A stretch of DNA of 64,000 nucleotides. It comes from Candidatus Hydrogenedentota bacterium (lineage in GTDB: Bacteria; Hydrogenedentota; Hydrogenedentia; Hydrogenedentales; JAEUWI01). A program made the translations under genes and the position numbers. A model generated the notes under the pieces. It was not told the origin of the DNA. It saw nothing but the letters and a program-made list of their open reading frames with translations, and did not search any database. Of this stretch, positions 38,646 through 48,226 are shown piece after piece (position 1 is the stretch's first letter; each line of letters starts with the position of its first letter). The stretch covers positions 1 to 64,000 of the forward strand of contig JAXMOL010000010.1 in the NCBI GenBank assembly GCA_034669905.1, given 5' to 3'.

Positions 38646-41075
38646 TTAGTGGTTGTATAAGAACTCTTTGCTCGTCAAGAGGGCCCAGGCGATATCTTCG
38701 AGGGCACCCCGTCGTTCTTCTGCCGCTACCCCGTCGAGGGCGGAAACACAGGCCGCTTGCTCCGAAGGGGTGGGTGCGCGCCCGAAGGCACGCCGGAAGA
38801 TGGCCTCCACCGCCACCTCATCGGCCACCGCTTCCGCCACATAGTGCGTGAGGAATGACGCCTCGTCGCGCAATTTACTGTTCAGGGTGTCACCGTTGGC
38901 GAGGTGCAGGGTCTGGGCAATGCTCGCATCCTCCGTCCGCTCGCAGCTGCAGGTCTGGCGCCGTTCCGGACGCCCAAAGGCATCCAGAAAATAAGAGGCC
39001 ACCAACGAGTCGCGCAGTTGGAGCGCGCGGTATCCGGTAGGATAGCCCGCAAAGGCCGTGGGCACGCCGGTCACCTGGGCGTAGCTATCCAGTAGCACTT
39101 CCGCAGACAAACGGCGGGCTATATATTGGGAGTAGTGGATACGGTCCGGCTCCGCCCCCTCTGCCGCCTGGGCCGCCCGCTGGTAGGCCGCCGATTGCAT
39201 GATGGAACGCATGAGCCCTTTGAGATCATAACCTTGCTCCTGGAGGTCCAGGCACAGCGCGGACATGAGGGGTTCGTTGGTGGCGGGATTGGTCAGCCGC
39301 AAATCGTCCACAGGCTCCACCAGCCCCCGGCCCATGAAGTTTTTCCAGACCCGATTGACTATGGCCCGGGTGAAATAGGGATTCTCCGGTGCGGTCAGCC
39401 ACGTGGCCAGGGCGTCCCGGCGATCCTTACCGGGCTCATCCACCACCACGTCTCCGTCGAGCGGTTGGGGTGCCTTGGGCTTACCCCGCAGGGGATGGAG
39501 CACATCACCGAAACTGGCAGCCACCACATCGTTGCCACCCGACTTACCATTTTTTACGCGCACCCGGGAAAAGAGGTTGGCGAAGCCGTAGTACTGGTCC
39601 TGGGTCCATTTTTCCAGCGGGTGATTGTGGCACCGCGCGCAGGTAATGGACATCCCTAGAAAGGCCTGGGAGGTGGTTTCGGTCAGGTCGGGTATCTCAC
39701 GGTGCAATACAAAATAGTTCGCCGCACCGTTTTGCTGGGTGTTGCCCGTGGCGGTAACGATATCCCGCACAAAGGCATCCCACGGACGATTCTCTTCCAC
39801 CGCCTCGCGCACGAATCGGTAGAAGGCATTCAGCTCCTTGGAGTCCTTCAAATTCTTCGACGAAATAAGGAGCAGGTCCGACCATTGATAGGTCCAGTAG
39901 TCCACAAACTCCGGACGCGATAGAATGGTGTCGATGAGGGCCGCGCGCTTATCCGCGGCACCGTCTTCCAGGAAAGCGCTTACTTCTTCCGGCGTGGGCA
40001 AGATACCCAGGGTATCGATAAAGGCGCGGCGAATGAAGGTCGTGTCGTCACACAGTGCCGCCGGGGCAATGTTCAGCTGGGCCAGCTTGGCATGTATCCG
40101 CTCGTCGATATAATTGTGATTGGCTGCCACCTGGTAAACTTCGGGCGCCACCGCCTCGGCCCGGGGCACGTTTAATTCGGTGAGGGCCACCTTGCTCGCG
40201 TACCACGCGGTAATTGCTGCGGACCCGGCTTTTTGCACCGTAACCGTACCCGCCTCGTCGACCACCGCTACGGTATCTTCGCTGGTGTCGAACTTCACCC
40301 ACCGGGTCACGTCGCGCACCGTACCGTCGCCGTAGTGGGCCTGCACCAGCAGAGGTTGTTTCACTCCGGGCTGTAATTCCATGGACCCGGGCACGATCTC
40401 CAACCGCTCGAAGGCCGCATCTGACGGGTCGGGCCCCGGCGCGCCCTGACTGATCCAGTCGAAGAGAATGCGGTAGTCCAGGGAATCAGCGTCGAATCGT
40501 TGGCCCCCTTCATGGGGCACGTCCCCCAGGGGCTTGAGCAAAAACAGGCTGTCCGCCGGATTCACGGTGGAAATCCGACGGCCCTTCGCCTGGCGGGTCA
40601 GCACGTCGTGGTCGCGAAAGTGGTCGTAGCCCCGAAGGGAAAGGTTGAAGCCATTCTTACCCGACGCCGCTCCGTGACACGGTCCCGTGCTGCACCCGGT
40701 CTTGTAGAGCACGGGCTGTACGTCATTGACGAAACTCCGCACCGGAGGCGCCCCCGCGCCCGTCACGGTCACCCTTCGCGTTATGGCCTGGTCACCGACG
40801 GTCGCCGTAATGGTCACGTCGCCATCGGCGTGGGCGGTGAGCTTACCCCCCTCATCCACCGTGACGAGGGCTCCGTCCGAAGTGGCCCAGTGAATCGCCT
40901 CCGTCACGGGACCGGTCCAGTGGCCGTCCTCCCCCACGCCCAGTAGCAATTGATGTTCTTGACCTTGCTGTCGCAATTCGAGGGCCGGGGGCAGCAGCAG
41001 GAGTTCTCCGGCGGAAACTACGGCCGCCAGCACCACAAGGAGGGATAAGGATACCCAACGCATACTTCCAGTCAT
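38646..41075 (-). CDS. DUF1549/DUF1553 (PSCyt2/PSD1) protein with Big_2 Ig-like domains
   Basis: SFVNDVQPVL.K.GCSTGPCHG..GKNGF.LSL.GYD, FIRRA.ID.LG.LPT, CARCHNHP, NRVW..FMGRGLVEPVDD, FGRP.R..C.CER, WALLTSKEFLYNH; start 41075 or 41063. Confidence 0.9.
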   Translation of the reverse strand: MTGSMRWVSLSLLVVLAAVVSAGELLLLPPALELRQQGQEHQLLLGVGEDGHWTGPVTEAIHWATSDGALVTVDEGGKLTAHADGDVTITATVGDQAITRRVTVTGAGAPPVRSFVNDVQPVLYKTGCSTGPCHGAASGKNGFNLSLRGYDHFRDHDVLTRQAKGRRISTVNPADSLFLLKPLGDVPHEGGQRFDADSLDYRILFDWISQGAPGPDPSDAAFERLEIVPGSMELQPGVKQPLLVQAHYGDGTVRDVTRWVKFDTSEDTVAVVDEAGTVTVQKAGSAAITAWYASKVALTELNVPRAEAVAPEVYQVAANHNYIDERIHAKLAQLNIAPAALCDDTTFIRRAFIDTLGILPTPEEVSAFLEDGAADKRAALIDTILSRPEFVDYWTYQWSDLLLISSKNLKDSKELNAFYRFVREAVEENRPWDAFVRDIVTATGNTQQNGAANYFVLHREIPDLTETTSQAFLGMSITCARCHNHPLEKWTQDQYYGFANLFSRVRVKNGKSGGNDVVAASFGDVLHPLRGKPKAPQPLDGDVVVDEPGKDRRDALATWLTAPENPYFTRAIVNRVWKNFMGRGLVEPVDDLRLTNPATNEPLMSALCLDLQEQGYDLKGLMRSIMQSAAYQRAAQAAEGAEPDRIHYSQYIARRLSAEVLLDSYAQVTGVPTAFAGYPTGYRALQLRDSLVASYFLDAFGRPERRQTCSCERTEDASIAQTLHLANGDTLNSKLRDEASFLTHYVAEAVADEVAVEAIFRRAFGRAPTPSEQAACVSALDGVAAEERRGALEDIAWALLTSKEFLYNH

Positions 41076-41154
41076 GACCACGCTCTCTCTAACCCGTTCG
41101 CTCCTGCGCACAAAATACCGCAGAAGTCACGTTCCAACCATACCCGCCCCCTGA

Positions 41155-42528
41155 CTAAAACAGTTCCAGCACCGGCTCCGTGCCATAGTCCACCACCGGC
41201 ACCGGACGGGCACCCGGCGAGGGCAGCTCCGTCTCGAGATCGATGCCGATGCCGTGATAGACCGTGGCAATTAACTCCGCCGGTGTGACGGGGCGATCCA
41301 CCGGGTAGGCCCCGATGGAGTCCGTGGCACCAATCACCCGGCCACCCTGAACGCCGCCCCCCGCCATGAGGGTCGACCAGGCCTGGGGCCAGTGATCCCG
41401 TCCGCCCGCCGGATTAATCTTGGGGGTCCGGCCGAATTCGCCCATGGCGACCACCATGGTGTCTTCCAATAGCCCGCTGCCCTGTAACTCATCCAATAAC
41501 GAGGCATAGGCCTTATCAAACATGGGGCCGACGAGATCCTCATAGCACTCCAATGGACTGAAGGGCGCGGAGCCGTGGATATCCCAGGTAATTTCGTTGA
41601 AGACCGTCTCAAACATGTTGACCGTCACAAAGCGCACTCCCCGCTCGACGAGACGGCGGGCCAGGAGACAACTCTGTCCGAATTTGTTCCGTCCGTATTT
41701 ATCCCGGGTCGCTTCCGACTCCTGATTGATGTCAAAGGCTTCCCGGGCCGTCTCGGAGGACATGAGCGAATAGGCCTGCTGGAAACTCTCATCCAACAAA
41801 CGCGCATCGGGATTCTCGTCCAGCTGTTTCACCGATTGGTCTACCATGGCGCGCAGGGACTGACGGCGCTCGAGGCGCATGGCGGAAATGTATTCCGGCG
41901 GCAGTAAGTCGGGCACTTCAAAGTCGGGCAAGCTGGGGTCGGCATTCAGCACGAGGGGGTCGAAAGTCTTGCCCAGGAAACCCGCCGTCTGGCCGTGGGG
42001 CATATTGCCCCCCGTGGGACCAATGGGTCGGGGCATGAGCACGTGGGCGGGCATCCCATTCTTTTCACCCATAACATAGCTGGCCACACACCCGGCGTGG
42101 GGCTGTTCCAGTCCATTGAGAAACTGACGCCCCGTCTGCATCATCTGGTGGCCAATATCGTGGACGCCGGTGCCCGTATGGTACATGCTTCGAATAATGG
42201 AGAACTTGTCCGCATGCCGTGCTGTTCGGGGAAAGATCTCCGATATCTGGATATCCGGACTGTTGGTCCGAATGGGGCGATAGGGGCCGCGGATCTCGGC
42301 CGGGGCGTCCGGTTTCATATCGAAGGTATCGAGCTGACTGGGACCACCCACCATGAAGAGAAAGATGCAATTCTTTTCTTTCTTCTCGTTGACCGCACCA
42401 TAGGCCTTGGCCTGCAGATAGCCCGGCAGGGTCAGTCCCATGTAGGACAGGGCCCCGGCATGAAGGAAGTCCCGCCGGGACAGACCATCGCAAAAATGAA
42501 CCTTCTTCTCCGCATCGACCCGATACAT
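41155..42528 (-). CDS. DUF1501 protein (Tat signal)
   Basis: CDGLSRRDFL, GGPSQLDTFDMKP, YG...FGQSCLLARRLVERGVRFV, WD.H, GEFGRTPKIN..GRDHWP; ATG 42528 after AAGGAG. Confidence 0.93.
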   Translation of the reverse strand: MYRVDAEKKVHFCDGLSRRDFLHAGALSYMGLTLPGYLQAKAYGAVNEKKEKNCIFLFMVGGPSQLDTFDMKPDAPAEIRGPYRPIRTNSPDIQISEIFPRTARHADKFSIIRSMYHTGTGVHDIGHQMMQTGRQFLNGLEQPHAGCVASYVMGEKNGMPAHVLMPRPIGPTGGNMPHGQTAGFLGKTFDPLVLNADPSLPDFEVPDLLPPEYISAMRLERRQSLRAMVDQSVKQLDENPDARLLDESFQQAYSLMSSETAREAFDINQESEATRDKYGRNKFGQSCLLARRLVERGVRFVTVNMFETVFNEITWDIHGSAPFSPLECYEDLVGPMFDKAYASLLDELQGSGLLEDTMVVAMGEFGRTPKINPAGGRDHWPQAWSTLMAGGGVQGGRVIGATDSIGAYPVDRPVTPAELIATVYHGIGIDLETELPSPGARPVPVVDYGTEPVLELF

Positions 42529-42718
42529 AGCATACTCCTTTTGCAACGCACTACCTGATCATTGATTGTTGCAAATCGGCGCCCGGAAGACAAACGGTAA
42601 TTTCCGCGCGTAACAAACTTGGCCCACGGGACCGTCTTTCGCTACAGTACTTCCATGGGCATCATGGGGATGCAACATGGGGCCATGCCCCCTTTCGGAG
42701 TGCGGGAGTTGATTCGCC

Positions 42719-44482
42719 ATGGACAAAGATAGCGTCAAGTGGTTGGTGGCCGGCTGCGCGGGAGCCCTGTTTTGTATGATCCTGATGGGCGTAGGTGGGG
42801 CCTTGCTGTTCCGTTATGGCATGCAGGAACTCGCGAATCTGGAGGACTATGGAGACGAAGGAGAGCCGAGTTACGGCCCCGATGTCTGGAAAGAGAAAGC
42901 GACGGAGCACCTGGCGGAAGAGGCCGCGAAAGAGGCTCTCCTCGAGGCATCCGGACTCCTGGAACGCTACACCATCGTCTACGTGCACGACGACACACGG
43001 AATCTGCTCTACTACGACCAGAATTTTCCCGAGGTCGAAAACCGTCTCACCGCCCAGTTCGCGGCAGCAGATACCCCCCTGGCCCGGTTTCGCTACGGCC
43101 AACACATCAAAGCCCTCGGCGATTTCAGCTATGAGGATGATCCAGAGAAACACTGGCCAATCCTGGAGGCGTGGGTTGCCCACTCCCCAAATTCTCACCT
43201 CCCCTACCTCATCCGCGGAAACTTCGCCATAGACTACGCCTGGTATTACCGCGGCAACACCTATGCGAACCGGGTCACCGATGAGGGCTGGGAAGGCTTC
43301 CACCGCTATATGGAGCAAGCCCAACGTGACCTGGAACATTCCCTGGAGTTGAAGCCCGACGACATTGAGGCGGCCGCCGCCATGATGACCGTGGCTTCCG
43401 CGGCGGGCCTGGGCAACGACGTCATGGAGGCCTACTTTCAGAAGACCATGGCCGTCAACCCCCTTCACCGTGATGCCTATATGACCAAACTCAATTTTGC
43501 CCAACCCAAATGGGGCGGCAGCTGGGAAGACGTGGAAGCGGTCATCGCCGAGGCGGAGAGTAAGTACGCCGAGTTCCCGCTCATGATAAAGGTCAAACGC
43601 TATGGCGAATGGTATATGGCCTCCCGTGGAAAACGCTATGAAGGCACCTGGAACTCCGACGCCACCCAACGGATGATGTATGCGTCCTTTAAGGCACAGG
43701 CCGCAATGAACCCGGAAGACCTGTTCATCCAGGCCGACCTGGCGTCCTTCGCCGCCGACCTACTCCAATTTGACGAGGCCGCTGCGGCGCTCGACGTCAT
43801 CGGCGATCACTTCCCCCAGGGCTGCCGTTTCGGCGAACTTCAGAATTTCCACAAATGGCGGGCCATTATCTATGCGGAACACGCTTATGAATTGGGGGGC
43901 CAGGACACGCCCGAGGCGGAGGGGTATTTCCAGAAAGCCCTCGCCATTGCGCCGGACGTGACCGTGGTGGCCGGCCTTTATATGGGGCACCTCGCCCGCC
44001 TGAAAGACGACGCGAAGACACAGGCCTTCTATGAAAGCCTCCAGGACCCCTACCTCGCCACGGGAGATTGGGCGGCGCCCCCGAACTACACCGTCATGGA
44101 GGCCATGGCCCAAGCAGGGCGTTCCGATGACTACGGCATACAGAATACGGAGCAGGAGGCCCAGCTCGTCGCCGAGGCCCTGGCCCTCGCGCCCGATAAC
44201 CCCTATGTGCTCCTGATCAGTGCGGAGTATTGCATCACCCACGACCTGTTCGACGAAGCCCGTCCCCACCTGGAAAAAGCCCGGGAAGTAGCGCCCGATT
44301 ATTTGCCCGCCCTCCACATCATGGGCTGGCTGAATTTCCATCAGGACCGCTGGGACGACGGTATCGCAACGGCCCAGGCCTTTCTCGCAGCCACACCTAA
44401 GGACGACTTGGACACCAGGTATCTTGAAACGTACGCCGATGATGCCCGGGAAATCGTGGAACTCTGCGAAAAGAAGAAATAG
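42719..44482 (+). CDS. DUF4034-like / TPR membrane-anchored protein
   Basis: N-terminal TM; W....P.S..PY......I.YAWYYRG..YA..V..EGW..F and QPKWGGS motifs; C-terminal TPRs. Confidence 0.75.
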   Translation: MDKDSVKWLVAGCAGALFCMILMGVGGALLFRYGMQELANLEDYGDEGEPSYGPDVWKEKATEHLAEEAAKEALLEASGLLERYTIVYVHDDTRNLLYYDQNFPEVENRLTAQFAAADTPLARFRYGQHIKALGDFSYEDDPEKHWPILEAWVAHSPNSHLPYLIRGNFAIDYAWYYRGNTYANRVTDEGWEGFHRYMEQAQRDLEHSLELKPDDIEAAAAMMTVASAAGLGNDVMEAYFQKTMAVNPLHRDAYMTKLNFAQPKWGGSWEDVEAVIAEAESKYAEFPLMIKVKRYGEWYMASRGKRYEGTWNSDATQRMMYASFKAQAAMNPEDLFIQADLASFAADLLQFDEAAAALDVIGDHFPQGCRFGELQNFHKWRAIIYAEHAYELGGQDTPEAEGYFQKALAIAPDVTVVAGLYMGHLARLKDDAKTQAFYESLQDPYLATGDWAAPPNYTVMEAMAQAGRSDDYGIQNTEQEAQLVAEALALAPDNPYVLLISAEYCITHDLFDEARPHLEKAREVAPDYLPALHIMGWLNFHQDRWDDGIATAQAFLAATPKDDLDTRYLETYADDAREIVELCEKKK

Positions 44483-44494
44483 GAAACACACCTT

Positions 44495-44562
44495 ATGGAG
44501 CGCTGGCGGCCCGCCGGCAAAAAAAACGGCACACCCGATGGAGCGCTGGCGGCCCGCCGGCA
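44495..44562 (+). repeat. Two 25-bp palindromic REP-like direct repeats
   Basis: atggagcgctggcggcccgccggca at 44495-44519 and 44538-44562 (43-nt period), each preceded by cacacc. Confidence 0.85.
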
Positions 44563-44604
44563 TAAACACCGCCCAGCACCGCCAATTTTAAACCCTCCCC
44601 CCAT

Positions 44605-44633
44605 TTGACACCTCACCCCCAGTTTGGAATAAT
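44605..44633 (+). promoter_or_regulatory. Putative sigma70 promoter of the PSD1-gntP-DUF1501 operon
   Basis: TTGACA (44605-44610) - 17 nt - AATAAT (44628-44633); GAGG RBS before ATG 44656. Confidence 0.65.
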
Positions 44634-44655
44634 CGTAGGTTGAGGTGTTTTAACG

Positions 44656-47600
44656 ATGAAAACGACGTATTCTTCTATCGTGGCGGGTGTGAGTGTATTG
44701 GTATCAGCGGGACTCCTGTCCCCTGCCCATGCCGAAGGGCCCATCCAGTTCAATCGGGATATCCGACCCATTCTCTCGGACAAGTGCTTTGCCTGTCACG
44801 GGCAGGACGCGAACAAGCGTAAAGCCGGACTCCGCCTTGATACCCATGAAGGGGCCTTGGCGGAGATAAAGGATGGACGCCACGCGGTGGTCCCAGGCGA
44901 TCTGGAGGGCAGCAGTCTTTTCCAGCGCATCACGACCGAAGATCTCGACGATCGTATGCCCCCTTCCGAGCACCCCAAGCAATTGACTTCCGATGAGATT
45001 ACGGCCCTCACCCGCTGGATTAAAGAGGGCGCCCCCTGGGAGGAACACTGGTCCTTCCAACCCATCGCCCGCCCGACCACGCCAGCCGTCCAACAAAGCG
45101 ATTGGGTGCGCAATCCCATCGATCAATTTGTGCTCGCACGGCTTGAAGAACACCAGATTACTCCCTCGGAAGAGGCCGACCGACGCACCCTGGTTCGCCG
45201 CCTCTATCTCGACCTCACCGGGCTCCCCCCCACCATCGCGGATGTGGAAGCCTTCCTGGCGGACCAACAACCCGGTGCCTATGACCGCCTGGTGGAGACC
45301 CTGCTGGAATCGACCGAGCATGCCGAACATATGACCCGCTATTGGTTGGACGCCGCCCGCTACTCCGATACCAACGGCTATCACATCGACAACGAGCGCT
45401 ACATGTGGCCCTGGCGCGACTGGGTGATTCGCTCCTTCAAGGAAAACAAACCCTTCGATGAATTTACCGTCGAACAATTGGCCGGCGATCTCCTCCCCAA
45501 CGCCACCAAAGACCAGAAGCTGGCCAGTGGCTTTAATCGCAACCACATGATTAACTTCGAAGGCGGGATCATCGCCGAGGAGTATCGGGCCCAGTATGTA
45601 ATGGACCGGGTCGATACGACGGGCACGGTATGGCTCGGCCTCACCATGACCTGTGTGCAGTGTCATGACCACAAGTATGACCCCATCACCCAGGCCGAGT
45701 ATTACCAGATGTTCGCCTACTTCAATACCATCAGCGAACAGGGTATTGACGGGCGCGATGGCAATGCCGTGCCCCGCATCAGCGCCACCAACGAGAAGCA
45801 GGAAGCCCGCCTCGCGGCAATTGAAGCAGAAATCAAGGGCATCAAGGAAGAGATGCGCAAGCCCATGCCAGAGGTTGATGCCGCCCAGGACGCCTGGGAA
45901 GTGGCCAGCCGGGAAAAGCTGAAAGATAAGTGGCACGCCCTCACCCCCGACTCGCTCACCGCGGTCAATGGCACCACCTTAACCGCCGACGCGGATGGGG
46001 TCATCGTGGCCAGTGGCGAGAATCCTGCCACGGAAGTCTATGAGGTGACCTATCGCATGGACACCTCCGGGGCCACCGGACTGCGCCTCGAATTTCTCCC
46101 TGATCCGGAAGCCCCCGACCATTCGTTGGGACGGGCCGATAACGGCAACTTTGTATTGAGTGAGCTGGAAGTCGAAGTACGCCCCCCGGGAGAGGCCGCG
46201 GAATTCACCCGCCTGAACTTTATCTCTGGGGATGCCGATTACGCACAGGACACCCTGGGTATCGAAAAGGCCCTGGACGGAAAACCCGACACGGGCTACG
46301 GCGCGGGCGGCCATGAATCTCCCGGGAGCCGGACGGCCATTTTCGTGCCCGACAGCCCCTTTGGCAATGTGAACGGGACGCTACTCCGCGTTCGCCTGCG
46401 TCATGAGTCGGCCTTCGCCAACCACAATGCCGCGCGTTTTCGCGTATCGCTCACGACGGACCAGGCCATGACGCGGGCCCGCCTCGAACCCTGGTACATC
46501 GCCGGACCCTACACGGCCCCCGACGGCAAGACCGCCTACAACACGGCCTATGAACCCGAGCAGGAAATCGACCTCGAAGCCACCTACCCCGACGGTCGCC
46601 AAAAGTGGCAACTTACGGTGCCCGGCTATGAGGACGGTAAAGTCCACGGCTTGAGTGGCAAGGTCTGCGCCACCTACCTCTACCGGACCATTGATTCGCC
46701 CAGTGCCCGTAAGACCACCTTTTCCGTCGGCAGCAACGACGCCATCAAGGTCTGGCTTAACGGGCGGGTGGTCCTCGACAACGACATCCAGCGGGGCGTA
46801 GACAAGGATCAGGATCTGATTCCGGTGGAGTTGCAGCAGGGGGAAAACACTGTCCTTCTGAAGGTGGTCAATTATGGCAACGCCTACGGGTTTTACTTTA
46901 ACAACACCAAAGAACAAACGGGCGAGTACCCGGCCCGCATTGAGACGATCCTCTCCAAATCGGAAGAAGAGCGAACGCTGCGTGAGAAACATGCCCTGCG
47001 CGACTTCTACCGCAAGGTGAACGCGCCCGAGTGGAAAGAACTCGACAAGAAGCTCGCGGCGAAAGTCCAGGAAAAGGTCGATTTCGAGAAAGGCCTGCCC
47101 ACGGCCATGGTGATGGACCAGATGGCAGACCCCCGCGAAACCTTTATTCTTATGCGGGGCCAATATGACCTCCCGGGTGAAAAAGTGGAGCCGGGCATCC
47201 CCGATTGTCTGCCCGCCCCGTCGGAAGGTGACCCCAAAGATCGGCTGGGACTGGCCCGCTGGTTGATGGACCCCATTAATCCATTGCCTGCGCGGGTTAC
47301 GGTTAACCGCTATTGGCAGCGCTATTTTGGCGTGGGCCTCGTGAAGACCACCGAAGACTTTGGCTCCCAGGGTGAAGTACCTTCCCATCCGGCATTGCTC
47401 GACTGGCTGGCCGCCGAGTTTATCGAAAGTGGTTGGGACATCCGCCACATTCACCGGCTCATCGTCACGTCGGCCACCTATCGTCAGGCCTCGCGTCACC
47501 GGGAGGACACCCGCGCGGTCGATACCCGCAACCGTCTCCTGGCCTATGCCCCCCGGCTGCGCCTGGATGCCGAAGCCGTCCGCGACAATGCCCTGGCCAT

Positions 47601-48192
47601 CAGTGGACTCTTGAAGCACGAGGTGGGTGGCCCCAGCGTGCGGCCCTATCAGCCCCTGGGCCTCTGGCAGGAAGTGGGCTATGGCGGTGGCTTCACGGCC
47701 CAGATCTTTACCCTGGGCGAAGGCGACGAACTCTACCGCCGCAGCATGTACACCTTCTGGAAGCGGACCAGTCCGCCCCCCAGTATGATGCTTTTTGATG
47801 CGCCCAACCGCGAGACCTGCACGGTCAAACGCAGCCGGAGCAACACGCCCCTCCAGGCCCTGGCCCTCTTGAATGATCCCCAGTTTGTGGAGGCCTCGCG
47901 CTTCCTGGCAGAACGTATGATGACCGAAGCGGGTGCATCGCCCGAAGAACGCCTCAACCATGCCTTCCTGTTGGCCATGGCACGGCCCGCGAGTGATCAG
48001 GAACTGGCGATCCTCCAGCAGCTCTACCAGCGTGAGTTGGCTGGCTTCCAGGCCGAGCCGGAGCGGGCCGAGAAACTGCTCGCGGTGGGTAAGGCCCCGG
48101 CCAACGACGCACTGGACAAGCCCGAGCTTGCGGCCTGGAGCACCGTGGCCAGCGTTATCCTCAATATGGACGAGACCATCACCAAGACCTGA
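44656..48192 (+). CDS. PSD1 and planctomycete cytochrome c protein (PSCyt1-DUF1549-insert-DUF1553)
   Basis: FNRDIRPILSDKCFACHG, RRLYLDLTGLPP, WLDAARYSDTNGY, CVQCHDHKYDP, ARVTVNRYW...FG.GLV.T.EDFG, NTPLQALALLND, ILNMDETITK. Confidence 0.93.
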   Translation: MKTTYSSIVAGVSVLVSAGLLSPAHAEGPIQFNRDIRPILSDKCFACHGQDANKRKAGLRLDTHEGALAEIKDGRHAVVPGDLEGSSLFQRITTEDLDDRMPPSEHPKQLTSDEITALTRWIKEGAPWEEHWSFQPIARPTTPAVQQSDWVRNPIDQFVLARLEEHQITPSEEADRRTLVRRLYLDLTGLPPTIADVEAFLADQQPGAYDRLVETLLESTEHAEHMTRYWLDAARYSDTNGYHIDNERYMWPWRDWVIRSFKENKPFDEFTVEQLAGDLLPNATKDQKLASGFNRNHMINFEGGIIAEEYRAQYVMDRVDTTGTVWLGLTMTCVQCHDHKYDPITQAEYYQMFAYFNTISEQGIDGRDGNAVPRISATNEKQEARLAAIEAEIKGIKEEMRKPMPEVDAAQDAWEVASREKLKDKWHALTPDSLTAVNGTTLTADADGVIVASGENPATEVYEVTYRMDTSGATGLRLEFLPDPEAPDHSLGRADNGNFVLSELEVEVRPPGEAAEFTRLNFISGDADYAQDTLGIEKALDGKPDTGYGAGGHESPGSRTAIFVPDSPFGNVNGTLLRVRLRHESAFANHNAARFRVSLTTDQAMTRARLEPWYIAGPYTAPDGKTAYNTAYEPEQEIDLEATYPDGRQKWQLTVPGYEDGKVHGLSGKVCATYLYRTIDSPSARKTTFSVGSNDAIKVWLNGRVVLDNDIQRGVDKDQDLIPVELQQGENTVLLKVVNYGNAYGFYFNNTKEQTGEYPARIETILSKSEEERTLREKHALRDFYRKVNAPEWKELDKKLAAKVQEKVDFEKGLPTAMVMDQMADPRETFILMRGQYDLPGEKVEPGIPDCLPAPSEGDPKDRLGLARWLMDPINPLPARVTVNRYWQRYFGVGLVKTTEDFGSQGEVPSHPALLDWLAAEFIESGWDIRHIHRLIVTSATYRQASRHREDTRAVDTRNRLLAYAPRLRLDAEAVRDNALAISGLLKHEVGGPSVRPYQPLGLWQEVGYGGGFTAQIFTLGEGDELYRRSMYTFWKRTSPPPSMMLFDAPNRETCTVKRSRSNTPLQALALLNDPQFVEASRFLAERMMTEAGASPEERLNHAFLLAMARPASDQELAILQQLYQRELAGFQAEPERAEKLLAVGKAPANDALDKPELAAWSTVASVILNMDETITKT

Positions 48193-48226
48193 ACCGCCCC
48201 CAAATTCCCTGGAAAGGAATGCCCCC

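Noticed and set aside
44487..44562. Possible mini-CRISPR (25-bp palindromic repeats)
   Set aside because: Only two repeats, an 18-nt spacer, and no cas genes in the window.
47933..48226. ORF-track N-terminal extensions (also for glyA 19266, rplS 11262, rnhB 10744, YbjQ 16452, DUF1501 57365)
   Set aside because: Most overlap neighbouring genes; downstream starts with family-typical N-termini, and in most cases an RBS, fit better.
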